Positions 55,046 through 55,134 of a stretch of DNA of 55,134 bases are shown one piece after another. The stretch's first letter is position 1. The number at the start of each line of letters is the position of its first letter. Under the pieces are notes generated by a model, which saw only the letters and a program-made list of their open reading frames with translations, searched no databases and was not told the DNA's origin. Source of the DNA: Candidatus Woesearchaeota archaeon CG1_02_57_44 (GTDB lineage Archaea > Nanobdellota > Nanobdellia > Woesearchaeales > CG1-02-57-44); the NCBI GenBank assembly GCA_001871415.1, contig MNWW01000006.1:1-55134 (forward strand), in the 5' to 3' direction. Position numbers and translations under genes: made by a program.

Positions 55046-55134
55046 GTCAGTAGCAGTCCCACCATGGACTGATACCTGGCAACATACGCATCGTGGATGA
55101 GCGTACCACGACCCTGCACCTTCGCAATAAGCTT

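Noticed and set aside
55046..55134. Possible 3' end of a minus-strand gene at the window edge
   Set aside because: Too short to choose a frame or assign a product.

Overview
55-kb chromosomal segment of an archaeon, most consistent with a GC-rich DPANN/Woesearchaeota-like organism (inference). Archaeal markers: RNAP subunits RpoL and RpoE', Spt4, uL1-uL10-P1, eS24, eS31, class I CCA enzyme, PAC2, TrmB, TATA-box promoters and BHB-intron tRNAs. It holds about 50 CDS. RNA genes: the 5' end of a tRNA-Gly-like gene, a two-intron tRNA-Ile with the rare UAU anticodon, and tRNA-Ser(GGA). The tRNA-Ser is followed by a regular 95/96/95-bp repeat-spacer array in which every repeat ends in a copy of the tRNA 3' end; a similar single unit follows tRNA-Ile. 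Two copies of a 163-bp MITE each have their own 9-bp target duplication. A long AT-rich non-coding region at a gene-orientation switch is a candidate replication origin. Also present: a MoxR-DUF58-vWA operon translationally coupled to two-component genes, and two large surface proteins. A set of bacterial-type genes is unexpected in an archaeon: a sigma70-family factor, PlsC-like acyltransferase, MprF/DUF2156, Lgt, NrdR, aconitase/IDH and a frameshifted outer-membrane beta-barrel-like protein. All product calls come from motif recognition by eye; no database searches were run.
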